Of a stretch of 64,000 bases of DNA, positions 42,548 to 55,851 are shown one piece after another (the first letter of the stretch is position 1; each line of letters begins with the position of its first letter). The translations under genes were made by a program, and so were the position numbers. Origin of the DNA: Eledone cirrhosa (taxonomy: Eukaryota); contig OZ024750.1 in the NCBI GenBank assembly GCA_964016885.1, forward strand, positions 28,706,001 to 28,770,000. The letters run 5' to 3'. Under the pieces are notes generated by a model that saw nothing but the letters and a program-made list of their open reading frames with translations, had not been told where the DNA came from and did not search any database.

Positions 42548-42658
42548 GTATTCTGAGGATTTGGTCAGAGGTAAATAATGTAATGGAGATCGAGTGACGC
42601 AACTTCAAGTGATTAGCGACCTCTAGACTCACCCGATCAATGAAACAATTGTTAATAC
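42548..42658 (+). ncRNA. Type I hammerhead with long stem II, family D
   Basis: GTATT CTGAGGA tTTGGTC...GATCAAt GAAA CAATTG TT AATAC. Confidence 0.75.
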
Positions 42659-43012
42659 CTGAAATAAAGCCCCTTGTTGTAGAGCCAACCATGTTACTCT
42701 TCATTCTTTAACTATTATTACTCCAAGTATAACCTGCATAGAAATTACCGCGAATTCGCTACCTAACTATGGAAACATCTTGTTGAGTCAAACAAAGCCG
42801 CACGTTAAAACTATCCACGACGCAGAGTACTCAACCTCTAACTGGATTACCTATAACGATAACTTGTTATCCCATATATATATAGTGAGAGATTTTTCAT
42901 CACGCAGTCTCCTCAGTAATGTAACAGACTGTGTGAAGGAGCCCTGACAATTAAATGAATATCTGATTGGTTGATTAATTACTGAAGCAAAACTCAAACA
43001 CATAAACTCATC

Positions 43013-43108
<96 letters not shown>

Positions 43109-43251
43109 GAGTATATGTTGGTTGTATACCAACACCTCAGTATGCAGGCTGAAGCACTCGACGAAGTGCGCAGGTTGGTTTGGTTACTCCGGAGTAATGT
43201 AAAATAAAGTTAAATAAAAAGTCAAATGTTTAAAATTTAGCTTCGTTTATT

Positions 43252-43306
43252 ACTGCTATATATATTTCAGTGACAGCCATCTTTGGCTGTGACCTCTTCA
43301 GGCAGT
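43252..43306 (-). ncRNA. Type I hammerhead ribozyme
   Basis: Minus strand ACTGC CTGAAGA GGTcACAGCCA aaga TGGCTGTcACT GAAA TATATA TA GCAGT; lies between 24-bp inverted repeats at 43201-43224 and 43421-43444. Confidence 0.85.
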
Positions 43307-43449
43307 CCGAATTAGTGTGGTATAGACAAGTACATATGTTGTTGAGGTGTATAATATTGTCAATACTCTGATATGCCCAGTTCCTGGTTGGGTTGTTGTT
43401 TCACTGAGGAACTGAAATCATGACTTTTTATTTAACTTTATTTTATATA

Positions 43450-43511
<62 letters not shown>

Positions 43512-43785
43512 GTGGAAGAGGAATGAAGTTTTCTATAGAAAACTAGTGAGAAACTCTCGTTGGTAATCTAAGCCATGAACCACATTTGATTTCTCGTTTT
43601 GGATATTATATTTACATATAACCTTGAAAAAACCTCGAATGTCACAGAAAAGGAAAGCAAAGTCGAAGGATATTTTTGTTATGAATTTAAACAAAAAACA
43701 GTGATATCTGACATTTACTTCTATTTCATCGCTGTTGGAAGTTATTAAATAAAATTAATCTATCATTTAGATATTTTAAACGAGT

Positions 43786-44735
43786 GAAGGCGCATGTCTT
43801 AGTGGTTAGAGCATTGGGCTTACAATCGTGAGGTTGTGAGTTCGATTCCTGGGACCGAGCGGTGTGCTGTTTTAAATTATTAAATAAAATTAATCTATCA
43901 TTTAGATATTTTAAACGAGTGAAGGCGCATGTGTTAGTTGTTAGAGCATTGGAATTACGGTCGTGAGGTTGTGAGTTCGAATCCCGGACCGGGTGGTGTG
44001 TTGTGCGCTTGAGCAAGGCACTTAATTTCACGTTGCTCCAGATCACTCAGCTGTAAAAATGAGTTGGGTCATCACTGGTGCCAAGCTACATCTCCCTTTG
44101 TCTGTCGCTTGGACAGCATCATATATAGTGTATACATACTGTATACATAAGGTAACATACAATGTGTGTGTATATATATATGTGTGTGTGTGTAAGTATG
44201 CACACGTACACACACACATATATACCTACACATACATATATACATATGTACGAATGGGTGGTTATATTTATGTTTACGAACGAATCGAACATTATTATTA
44301 ACGATCGATATAACCCATACGTACATATGTATATATGTATGTGTATGTATGTATATATGTGTGTGTATGTATGTATATATGTGCGTGTATGTATGTATGT
44401 ATGTATATATGTGTGTGTGTGTGTGCGTGCGTGTACGTGTGCATACTTACATTTATGTATCAGCTGTGCTAGGGCGAGAAATAAATTGTATTTTATATAT
44501 ATATATATGTATACTGTACAGAATGTATATATATATAGTGTATATATAAGTTACGACATCACTGGTACCAAGGTGTTTCGGTGGCATGGAGAGAAGAGAC
44601 TGGTGTGCAAGGGCGACTGCTGGTCTTCCACAAAAACAACCTTGACAAGACTTGTGTCTCGGAAGGGAAACTTTCTAGGTGCAAACTCCATGGTCATTTG
44701 TGACCGTCGGTGGGGGGGGGGGGGTCTTACTCTTT
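43786..44735 (+). mobile_element. SINE family B: duplicated head plus body split by a microsatellite (other copies 45200-45390 minus, 59275-59530 plus)
   Basis: tRNA-like head ttagtggttagagc...gagttcgattcc twice; catcactggtRccaag on both sides of the inserted simple repeat. Confidence 0.75.
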
Positions 44736-46408
44736 AATTTGAATGAGAATTTAGCGTATGTCTTATTTTAATTATTCTATTTCTTTTTTTAAATATCTGT
44801 TTTTTCCTCTATTGTAGAAATCAGATTTATTTTGTGTAAACACACAACTAATTGTTTGTGGTGAGATATTACTGTCAAATAAATGTATTACTAGATCATC
44901 TTATATTACCGAGGCTGGGGTTATATTTCAGAGAGTGACGAAAGAAAATATCTAGGACATCCCCAACAAAAAGTCAATCTGTACAAGAACAACGTTTGAA
45001 AGTAGTTCGGATTATATGTGAAGTCACGCCGCCCCCGGTGATACCCCTGCACACAACTCTTCTTGACTCTCACACACCTGCTATCCTGATATTGCTAACA
45101 TCGTGACCGATTCTTTACACTTTCTGAATTGTTTACACCAGCAACCCTCTCACCATCACATATACTCCAAATATCCACGATAATTTTTTTTTTTTTTGCT
45201 TTCAATCACAGAATATGACAAGACTAGCCATTCGAATTACAGGTACAACTCATTTTTGCCAGCTGAGTGGACTGGAGCAACGTGAAATAAAGTGCCTTGG
45301 TCAAGGACACAACGCACCACCGGGAATCGAACTCACAACTTCACGAGTGTAAGCCGAATACCCGAACCATAAAGCCACGCGCATTCACATGCATACATAC
45401 ATATATATACACACACACATCGTCATATCTATTGTGACGTGTGGGGACATCCATAACTCTAAAATGGCAACAGTACCACCAATGACACTTCCTTCTAATT
45501 TATTGTTTCTTCAGACAACGATAAAATATATTACCGTACTTTTGTTTTTCGTTTTTTTACCGTTTTTCTCTTCAGATAAATATGTCGACTCTTTTTATAA
45601 AATGGCGCAAATTAGAATTGAACAGCACCGAGATAATATTTTCAAATAATCTGACAATAACGGACATGTGGTCGGTTGTGTGAATATAGTGATGGTGGTG
45701 GAGTGGGTGGATTGGGGGTGGGGATTGGTGTTGGTGGAGTAGGTAAAGCAGGTGGAATAGCTGGAATGGGTGGGTCTGGGGATAAGGAGATTCCTCCCCT
45801 TCTAACACATGCTTATCTTATTATTCTGAGAAGATATACTATCCGAGAGAGAGAGAGGGGGAGGGGAGCTTGTCAAGAAGCATCTGTTGGCTGTTTTAGG
45901 GTACGTGTGAGTGGGGGGGGGGGAGGTGCGGGCAGAGAAAGAGACAAAGTAAGAGACAGAGATGTATAAAGGGGAAGAGACAGAGATATGAGAAGGGGAT
46001 AGTGAAAGAGAATGAGTGAGGAGCGAAATCAAAGAGAGAGAGATATGAGAGGGTAAAGGAGAAAGGAAGAACAAAAGAGGGTTGGAGTAAAAGAGTGAGA
46101 GGGCGAGAAAATGGGAGGAAGAGTGAGTGGGGAGGAGAAAATGAAAGGAATAGAGAGAGTGGGGGAGGAATAGAGAGAGGGGGACATAGTGAAAAAGAGA
46201 GAGAGAGAGTAAAAGAGGGAGCGGAGGGCATCTACGGGTGACTTTGATTTGGTGTGTGGCTGTATCTTTGAGTATCTTAAGAGGGACACAATTGATAAGG
46301 AACACAGCAGCCAACCCATGCCAGTGTGAAGAAACGGACGTAAATCTGATGATGATGATGATGGATACCAGCCATAGCTGTTATAAAGGCACAACACGAA
46401 AGGCAAAA

Positions 46409-46488
<80 letters not shown>

Positions 46489-46700
46489 ATGTATGGCAGG
46501 GTCGTTAGAACGTCGGATAGAATACTTTATGGTATTCGTTCCGGTCTTCTGCTCTCAGAGTTCAAATCCCGCTGAGGTCAACTTTGCCTTTCATCCTTTC
46601 GATGTCGATAAAAGAAGTACCAGCCTAATACTGGTGTCGATTCTTTCTCTATATCTCTTTCTCATTTCCCCTCTCTCTCTCTCTCTTACTTCATCTCTCC

Positions 46701-46734
<34 letters not shown>

Positions 46735-46958
46735 ATATGAAAAATATGGGGAGAAGAATACTGCATGGTTGCACATGGATAACATGTTATAAAATGAGTC
46801 CCTCATCAGTGATTTGCCAACGATCATTGGTATTTCATCGCATTAAAAATCATATACCTCACGTTGGTGCGAAAATAACTAAAATAAGTTATTAGGACAA
46901 TTGAAACGCGTAAAGCGAGTGAGACAAGTAAACAACACAGGGAAAGCTAACCGAAGAT

Positions 46959-46992
<34 letters not shown>

Positions 46993-47179
46993 TTTACTTT
47001 GCGCGTTGTTTCTTGAATGAGAGGGACGCAGATGTGAAACAAGAGGTCGAAATGTATTTGAATGTTTATATATATATATAAGAGATGTCAACATGACTGG
47101 ATCTGTTATTTTTATCTAAAGACATTTTTTTCCATTTCCAACCCGCCCGTCCTCTCAATCTATTTTATTTCTCATTCTT

Positions 47180-47215
47180 TCTTCTGATGAAGGACTAGCG
47201 TCCGAAACCTTAAGA
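47180..47215 (+). ncRNA. Minimal Penelope-type hammerhead motif
   Basis: TCTT CTGATGA a GGAC tagc GTCC GAAA CC TT AAGA. Confidence 0.65.
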
Positions 47216-47435
47216 CCCTCTTCTTCCTATATCAAGCGTTAAGCTAATATATACCTTCCTGTACCGATTGTGTTGTTATTTCTGTTTACCTTTTACACGT
47301 CAATACTCGTCTTTTTCCATTTTTCTGAGGGTTCTAAACCCCACTATCAGGCTAAAAATTTCTTTAGTCAAAAATACCTGTGAAAGCTTATATTTCTAAT
47401 TTCAAGTTCGCTCACTGTTTCAAAACATACTTACT

Positions 47436-47507
<72 letters not shown>

Positions 47508-47511
<4 letters not shown>

Positions 47512-47785
47512 TCATCATCGTTTAACGTCCATATTCCACGCTTGCATGGGTTTGGACGGGAGTTTTCCCACTTGAGGCAAGAGTGGTTGTCTTGCTCGCA
47601 TAGGACTGTCTGGCGGGTTTTCTACGGCTGGATGCCCTTCCTAACACCAACCACATTTACAGTGTGGAACTGGGAAGTTTTTACCGTGTTACCTACACGG
47701 CCACATTACAGCGTGGACTGTGTGTTTTTTTGTCGTGGCACCTACACGACCTCATTTGTTTCGGCCTGGATGTTGTGGTACCAAA
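47508..47785 (-). mobile_element. Interspersed retro-repeat fragment with (CAT)n/(ATG)n tail
   Basis: catcatcatcgtttaacgtcc...ggatgcccttcctaacaccaacc. Confidence 0.55.
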
Positions 47786-48674
47786 CATATATATATATAT
47801 ACATACAAGTGGAAGCTTAGTAAAATCGAAGCTTTGGCTGTGAGCAAGCAAAGTCGACCTACAATATGAATGAGTTAGCAAAGTACTCAATAAGGGTAGG
47901 TCCTTAGAGTAATAGCATACGTTTAAATAGCTTGACAAATTGAACATTGTGGTAGGCAAAACCTAACACACAATACCAAAGTAACGAAAAAACTAACAGG
48001 TTAAAAAGATACACCTGGACAAATCAAACGATATACGTTTAAAGTGTTTCTATGAATCCGAAATCAATTATCCAACTTACGTAACAGGCACGCTCGTGGT
48101 ATTCCATGATCGAACACAGGATTCATTTCATCAACAGGGATTCCGTTCTGTCAAAAATCGGAGCGGACGAGCTAAATACTGCTGCTAATATACATATAGT
48201 ACCAGTCTAGCACTGGATTCGATTCTTCCTCTATATCTCTTTCTCATTTTCTCTCTCTCACTTTCTATCTGTCTATGAAAGAAATCTGCTGTACTCAGCC
48301 TGGAGAGGGATGGACTCTGCCATGCTTAAAATGCCCTAGAAATGATGTATGTCAATACGACGCCCCTATGACTATATCTGGGATTACGAGACCATGTATG
48401 TATGTATGAAGTTACCGATGATGTTGATCTTTTCTTCTTTTCGAGTTATAGCTACTGTCGCTGAGAGAGTGGGATTGGCTCAGTGCACAGTCTTTCGTCA
48501 CTTTAAAAAAATCTTTGCGCACAGGCATTGCACGATGGAATTAATTAATTGTTTCTACGTTAGGCACAAGGCCAGCAATTACCCAGTGCATTACTGGTAC
48601 TTTATTTTATCGACCCCGTAAGGATGAAAGGCAAAGTTAATATAATATAATAATGCTCATTCCTCCAAAGATAC

Positions 48675-49238
48675 CGTTGTTGTTGGTGGTGGTGGTGGTG
48701 GTGTTGTATTGATGTTGTTGTTGGTGGTGGTGTTGTATTGATGGTGTTGGTGGTGGTGGTGTTGTTGTTCTATTGATGTTGGTGGTGGTGTTGTATTGAT
48801 GTTGTTGGTGGTGGTGGTGTTGTATTGATGTTGTTGTTGGTGGTGGTGGTGTTGTATTGATGTTGTTGGTGGTGTTGGTGGTGTTGTATTGATGTTGTTG
48901 GTGGTGGTGGTGGTGGTGTATTGATGTTGTTGGTGGTGGTGGTGGTGTTGTATTGATGTTGTTGGTGGTGGTGGTGGTGTTGTATTGATGTTGTTGGTGG
49001 TGGTGGTGGTGTTGTATTGATGGTGGTGGTGGTGGTGGTGTTGTATTGATGTTGTTGGTGGTGGTGGTGGTGTTGTATTGATGGTGGTGGTGGTGGTGGT
49101 GGTGTTGTATTGATGTTGTTGGTGGTGGTGGTGGTGTTGTATTGATGGTGGTGGTGGTGGTGGTGGTGTTGTATTGATGGTGGTGGTGGTGGTGGTGGTG
49201 GTGGTGTTGGTGGTGGTGGTGTTGTTGTTGTTGTTGTT

Positions 49239-49269
<31 letters not shown>

Positions 49270-49596
49270 GCGGCGGCGGCGTTGTATTGATGTTGTTGTT
49301 GTTCTATTGATGTTGGTGGTGGTGTTGTATTGATGTTGTTGTTGTTGGTGGTGGTGGTGTTGTATTGATGGTGTTGGTGGTGGTGATGTTGTGGTGTTGG
49401 TGGTGGTGGTTGTGTTGTTGGTGTTGGTGCTGTTGGTGGTGTTGTAGCCATATTCAGTTTCAAGGGGATATCAAATTTAGCGCGTGTCATCAAACAGCCG
49501 CTTGATGCAACAGATGGCAGAGATAGGGCCCTGTCAATGTACTGGCAGGTATTTTGATGATGATGATGATGACAACGACAATAATGATGATGACGG

Positions 49597-49629
<33 letters not shown>

Positions 49630-49630
49630 C
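48675..49630. repeat. (GGT/GTT)n minisatellite with GTATTGAT core, followed by (GAT)n
   Basis: Directly visible. Confidence 0.95.
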
Positions 49631-49938
49631 TACGAAGGAGAAGGGGTGGTGGAGGTTGAGAAGAAGAAAAAGAATGTGGAAAAGGTTTGGTCTGTGAGTG
49701 TAAAAAGTCTTGATAACAGTCGTACATCTTAGGAAGGGGTCAATGACACTTCCCTTGAGCTTTTGTTAAGGGGGAGGGGAGGGGTATTAAAGTCTAAAAC
49801 AAAATATAAACAAAACACAAAAAAAAAAGCAGGTTGAAGAAAGAAAGAAAAAAATAATCAAAAAACAATTGAAGAAAGGAGAAAGAAAGAAGCTGAGAGT
49901 TTAATTACAATACTAAGTATATAATAACTTTAGAGGGA

Positions 49939-49998
<60 letters not shown>

Positions 49999-50129
49999 GG
50001 GGGAGTCCCCGGTTCAGTCGGGGGTAACCATAGTTAGTAAGGTACTCAAGCCCCTTTCCTGATAATTTCTTTGAATAAACAGCTCTAGTCATCTAGAAGC
50101 CATTTCAATATTGAACTTTGTATATATAC

Positions 50130-50531
50130 TGTACTAATAGGAAATCTATCATATATAAAGTAAACCCCCGGATAAACTGTAAAACTAGAAACGTAGTCTA
50201 TAGCATAAGATGTACAGAGGGTACTTGCAGAAACATGACAACAACATACATAGGCGAGACAGCTCGTAGCATAGCTGAAAGGATAGACCAACACTGGGGG
50301 GAACTAAAAGGACGAAAAAACGGTTCAGTACTATACGAACATGCCAGACAACAACACGACGGTAACATAGACAACATAGAAATTAGAATAATATCTAAAC
50401 ATAGAAATGACCCAGCAGATAGGCAAATCAGAGAGGCCAGTGAAATAGAACTTAGAAGGCCAAGGCTAAACAGAAAAAATGAATGGAATAACAACACCCA
50501 AACAAACAACATTGACCTAAGAGAAGTATAA
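50130..50531 (+). pseudogene. Penelope-like element GIY-YIG endonuclease domain (5'-truncated ORF end)
   Basis: NCKTRNVVYSIRCTEGTC...YIGETARSIAERIDQH...RQIREASEI...PRLN; followed by a 3'UTR with an HHR-like motif. Confidence 0.9.
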
Positions 50532-50783
50532 ATAAATAAATAAATAAATAAATACACAAGCACAATGAACAACAAACACATATAAACACACACTAGTAAA
50601 CTAAGATAGAATACAATAACCAATACACAGTCACTCAAACACGAACACACATCAAACAAAACACTATACACACACGCAAATGCATGCGCAGAGAAGACAA
50701 AAAAATAAACAAATAAATAAATAAATAAACAGACTAAATAAAGATGGCGTAGGCATACAATACAACGGGAGGAAACATAATAG

Positions 50784-50828
50784 AACCACTGACGATGTTG
50801 TAGATGTGCAACGAAAGAACTTTGTTAG
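50784..50828 (+). ncRNA. Hammerhead-like motif in the 3'UTR/pLTR of the PLE
   Basis: aacCA CTGACGA t GTTGTA gatg TGCAAC GAAA GAAC TT TGtt; weak stem I. Confidence 0.55.
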
Positions 50829-51053
50829 ACTATATATATGTATTTGTGTCTATATTATATCTGTATTTTTTACCGTTGGTCAGTCAATGGCAACATTGAG
50901 GACCAAATAAATTAAATTAACCGATATAAAAGATACAGAAGCGAAAACCAACCAAACAGTGAGTGTGTTCTGTTATTAATTCTGGCAATATTATTACACA
51001 AATATGAACCTCCCCAAGTATAACAATATATATATATATATATATATATTGTT

Positions 51054-51116
<63 letters not shown>

Positions 51117-51166
51117 CGTATATGGTTGACGAAGTAGAGTTTATAATTCATCATATTAAGGCTAAA

Positions 51167-51358
51167 AGGGCGGTGGATTGGCAGTATCGGTAGAGGGTCG
51201 GACGCCATGCTTTGACACATAGAGTTACCTCCCTTTATGATCTGAGTTCAAATCCCGCCGAGGTTAACTTTGCCTTTCATCCTTACGGGGTCGATAAAAT
51301 AAAGTACCAGTAATGCACTGGGATAATTGCTGGCCTTGTGCCAAAAGTAGAAACAATT
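51167..51358 (+). mobile_element. Full-length SINE family A copy (further partial copies at ~12862-12975, 46495-46640, 48545-48640, 53150-53370, 58325-58445)
   Basis: gggcggtggattggcagtatcggtagag...gagttcaaatcccgccgagg...gtagaaac. Confidence 0.9.
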
Positions 51359-51409
51359 AAATTAAGGCTAAAAAGTGAGTCTTGTTACTCTGGAGTTTTG
51401 CCTGTTTAT

Positions 51410-51772
51410 CACTCAGCCCACCATCACTCGGCCCACCATCACTCGGCCCTCCCTCACTCGGCCCTCCCTCACGCGGCCCTCCATCACGCGGCCCTCCCTC
51501 GTTCGGCCCACCCTCGCTCGGCCCTCCATCACTCGGCCCTCCCTCACTCGGCCCTCCCTCGTTCGGCCCACCCTCGCTCGGCCCTCCCTCACTCGGCCCT
51601 CCCTCACTCGGCCCATCCTCACTCGGCCCACCTTCACTCAGCCCACCCTCGCTCGTCCCACCCTCGCTCAGCCCACCCTCGCCCAGCCCACCCTCGCTTA
51701 GCCCACCCTTGCTCAGCCCACCCTCACTCAGCCCACCCTCTCTCAGCCCACCCTCTCTCAGCCCTCCCTCAC
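51410..51772. repeat. 15-bp GC-rich minisatellite (cactcggccctccct variants)
   Basis: Directly visible, ~24 units. Confidence 0.93.
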
Positions 51773-51921
51773 TTAAATAATAATACAAAAATATAAAAAG
51801 TAGTATGTGTGTGAAGAGAAATATCAAAACAAATAAGTGAGAAACGAACAAACGAAATGCCTTTGATCACATGTCAATCCTCACACTAACACCTCTCTTA
51901 CGTACACATACACCCTCCTCA

Positions 51922-51983
<62 letters not shown>

Positions 51984-52183
51984 NNNNNNNNNNNNNNNNN
52001 NNNNNNNNNNNNNNNNNNNNNNNNNNNNNNNNNNNNNNNNNNNNNNNNNNNNNNNNNNNNNNNNNNNNNNNNNNNNNNNNNNNNNNNNNNNNNNNNNNNN
52101 NNNNNNNNNNNNNNNNNNNNNNNNNNNNNNNNNNNNNNNNNNNNNNNNNNNNNNNNNNNNNNNNNNNNNNNNNNNNNNNNNNN
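51984..52183. other. Assembly gap (200 N)
   Basis: Run of n following (TC)n. Confidence 0.99.
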
Positions 52184-52444
52184 ACAAAGTGAGAGATTTA
52201 TATACACATATGTTCAAACTCCCACATACTCACTCACACACACACAATAAGTGAGACATTCCTATATACACACACTCACCCGTACCAACAAACTCCACCC
52301 CACCGTTTCTTAATGTTCTTCCGTGTTATTATTTGCCCTCACCAACTTTTTTTTAACTTTACACTCTATATCGTTTTGCGCTCTCTTCCCAACGTTACTG
52401 TCTCTCTCACTTAGAACCATTGTCACACGCGTACACACATCCCT

Positions 52445-52495
<51 letters not shown>

Positions 52496-52498
52496 CTA

Positions 52499-52560
<62 letters not shown>

Positions 52561-52657
52561 CCCTTCCCTCCCTCTTTCTCACTCTCTCTCACTTAGAACC
52601 ATTGTCACACGCGTACACACATCACAATATTCTATCTCTCTCTATCTATCTATCTCT

Positions 52658-52850
52658 GGAGATGAGGGTTGCACATTTTTTTTTCGGGGGTATGTGTTAC
52701 CCATATAAACTGTCTCCCTCTATTGGGGAAAATCGACTAACTTTTTAAATTCCATTTGTGATAACATTTTACACGTTTTTATTGTATGTAAACTTCCCCC
52801 TTTGTATTTGTCCCCTTCTTTTGTGCCCCTGTTGCTAATAAAGAAATATA
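52658..52850 (+). mobile_element. 3'UTR fragment of the same LINE family in a (TATC)n tract
   Basis: tccccctttgtatttgtcccc...aataaagaaat matches the reverse complement of 3438-3491; flanked by TATC repeats. Confidence 0.8.
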
Positions 52851-53002
52851 TCTATCTATCTATCTAACCCTCTCTCTCTATCTATCTATCTCTGTCTCTC
52901 TCTCTCTTTCTCCCCTTCCCTCCCCTTCCCTCCCCTTCCCTCCCTCTTTCTCACTCTCTCTCACTTAGAACCATTGTCACACGCGTACACACATCCCTAT
53001 AT

Positions 53003-53054
<52 letters not shown>

Positions 53055-53711
53055 ACTCTCTATCTATCGATAAAGTAGACATAAAACATTACCTAATTCC
53101 ATCTCTTTAAATTCTTTTAATCCAACCCTATGTAGTTTGAATATTGCTCTTTCCCCAGTCCTCGATAAAGTACCAGTTATACATTACAACAAAGTACCAG
53201 TAATATACTGGTTAGATTTTGATTCATCAATATATGTTTCGTTTACACAATTGTATAATTTGTAAAAAATATAGCTGGTCTAGGCGAGATTTGAACTCAG
53301 ATTGCAGAGAGATGGATAAAGGGCAATGCCGCAAACAATCCATCAGATAATCTAACGACTTTGCCACCTGTGTACGTGCTTTTAAAACTGTATATATGTA
53401 CATGGTATGGCCCCGTAATTCCTGATGGACTCGGAGGAGCGCCATATTGACATACGGCGGGCGTTTCTTGGCCATTTTTTAAGCCTGGCGGAACTCATCC
53501 TTCTCCAGGCTTGAGTACAACAGATAGAAAGTGAGAGAGAGGAAATAAGAAAGAGATATAGAGGATAAATCGACCCCCAGTACTAGCGTAGAATCACGTC
53601 TAGTGTACGTGTAACTGCGAGATATTCAGCCGTTTAACATATGGTACAATAGGTAGTTTGTTCTGTGAGTCGAACAAATGGAATACGCCAGGTCGAAATC
53701 GATGCGATATC

Positions 53712-54880
53712 TATGTATATACATTTTTATATGTATGTACATATATACATTTTTATATATATGTACATATATACATTTTTATATGTATGTACATATATAC
53801 ATTTCTATATACATGAACATATATACATTTATGTATATATGAACATATATACATTTTTATATGTATGTACATATATACATTTATATATATATGTACATAT
53901 ATACATTTTTATATGTATGTACATATATACATTTTTATATGTATGTACATATATACATTTCTATATACATGAACATATATACATTTATGTATATATGAAC
54001 ATATATACATTTTTATATGTATGTACATATATACATTTTGATATGTATGAACATATATACATTTTCATATGTATGTACATATATACATTTTCATATGTAT
54101 GTACATATATACATTTTTATATATATGTACATATATACATTTTTATATATATGTACATATATACATTTTTATATATATATGTACATACATATAAAAATGT
54201 ATATATGTACATATATATATAAATGTATATATGTATGTACATATATACATTTTTATATATATGTACATACATATAAAAATGTATATATGTACATATATAT
54301 ATAAATGTATATATGTACATACATTTATGTATATATGTACATATATACATTTTGATATGTATGAACATATATACATTTTTATATGTATGTACATATATAC
54401 ATTTTCATATATATGTACATATATACATTTTCATATATATGTACATATATACATTTTCATATGTATGTACATATATGCATTTTTATATATATGTACATAT
54501 ATACATTTTTATATATATGTACATATATACATTTCTATATACATGAACATATATACATTTATGTATATATGAACATATATACAGTTTTATATGTATGTAC
54601 ATATATATACATTTTTATACGTATGTACATATATACATCTATATATGTATGTGCATATATACATTTTTATGTGTGTACATATATACATTTTTATGTGTGT
54701 ACATATATACATTTATATATTTATATGCATATATACATTTATATATTTATATACATATATACATTTTTATATTTATGTATATACATATACACATTTCTAT
54801 ATGTACATATATACATTTGGGGCTATGTCAGACACATACATATATATACATATATTTATACATATATATATATATATATA
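53712..54880. repeat. AT-rich compound minisatellite (gtacatatatacattttt...)
   Basis: Directly visible. Confidence 0.93.
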
Positions 54881-54881
54881 T

Positions 54882-55074
54882 ATAACGAAGGAAATGTGGT
54901 AAGGAACCAGATGGACCAAAACGTACCAAAGTACTCAATACTTATGGTAGTAGAGTGGGTAATAGGAACAAGTAGGACCCCGACGGCTGAGCTCAAGCCG
55001 TTTCGACGGCTAATTCTGGACTCAGAATTAACCGTCGAAACGGCTTGAGCTCAGCCGTCGGGGTCCTACTTGTT

Positions 55075-55079
<5 letters not shown>
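54882..55079. mobile_element. pLTR-like element with GC-rich hairpin (54962-55079) carrying the 3' half of a hammerhead; relatives at 60515-60622 and 62449-62560
   Basis: GAAA CGGCT tgagctc AGCCG TC GGGGTCC; arms taggaacaagtaggacccc / ggggtcctacttgttccta. Confidence 0.65.
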
Positions 55080-55128
<49 letters not shown>

Positions 55129-55204
55129 AAAATTGGACGGGAACGAAAACAGAGAGGCAGACAAATAAAGGTTTATTAGGTTCACGCTCTTGAGATGGGG
55201 GGGG

Positions 55205-55236
55205 GGGACGTTTCGGGCATAAGCCCTTCTTAAGGA
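55205..55236 (-). ncRNA. Degenerate classic Penelope hammerhead motif
   Basis: Minus strand CTtAAGA a GGGC ttat GCCC GAAA CG TC; G5 mutated. Confidence 0.55.
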
Positions 55237-55851
55237 AAGAAATTGGGTAGGAAGAGAGTTCCGAGCGTGTGTAGAGGAGGGGTGGAAAGACATTTAGAAA
55301 AAAGGGGGGAAGGAGAACAAATAATACATATAGAAATACATTCGCAGAAAAATTCTGTCAAAGATTCTTCGTTAATAATTGTTCTTTCTTCCTAACCATC
55401 CAATTACCATTTCACTCTGTTTTTTTGGTGGGGAACACACGCTCGCTGTCCCACACCCTTCTACCCCTCTACCCTTCTACCCCTCTCCTACCCCTCTCCT
55501 CTACCCATCTCCTACCCTCCTCTACCCGTTTCCTACCCACTTTCTTTTCTCTCGTGTTATTCTTTTACCTCTAATAGAAGGCTCGTGTTTTACATGCGTT
55601 TTACAACCGCATACCAAGACAGCGGCCTCTATCCTCTCACTATCCCTCACCACGCCTAACCACCAGCCGACTTTGACTCTCCACCATTTAAGCTATCAAA
55701 GCTCCACGTGCACAAAACCCTCTGATGTTTGCTTATTTGTTTATTTATGTTTGTTTGTTTGTTTGTTTGTTTGTTTGTTTGTTTGTTTTGTTTTGTCTTC
55801 TCACTATGATATTATTTTACCCTATATTAGCATTTACGACGTCACTCTCCC

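Noticed and set aside
43786-43995. tRNA genes
   Set aside because: A/B-box tRNA-like heads continue into SINE bodies and are degenerate; treated as SINEs.
45545-45685. Possible host exon after a polypyrimidine tract and cag
   Set aside because: Short, no recognisable protein similarity and no convincing donor site.
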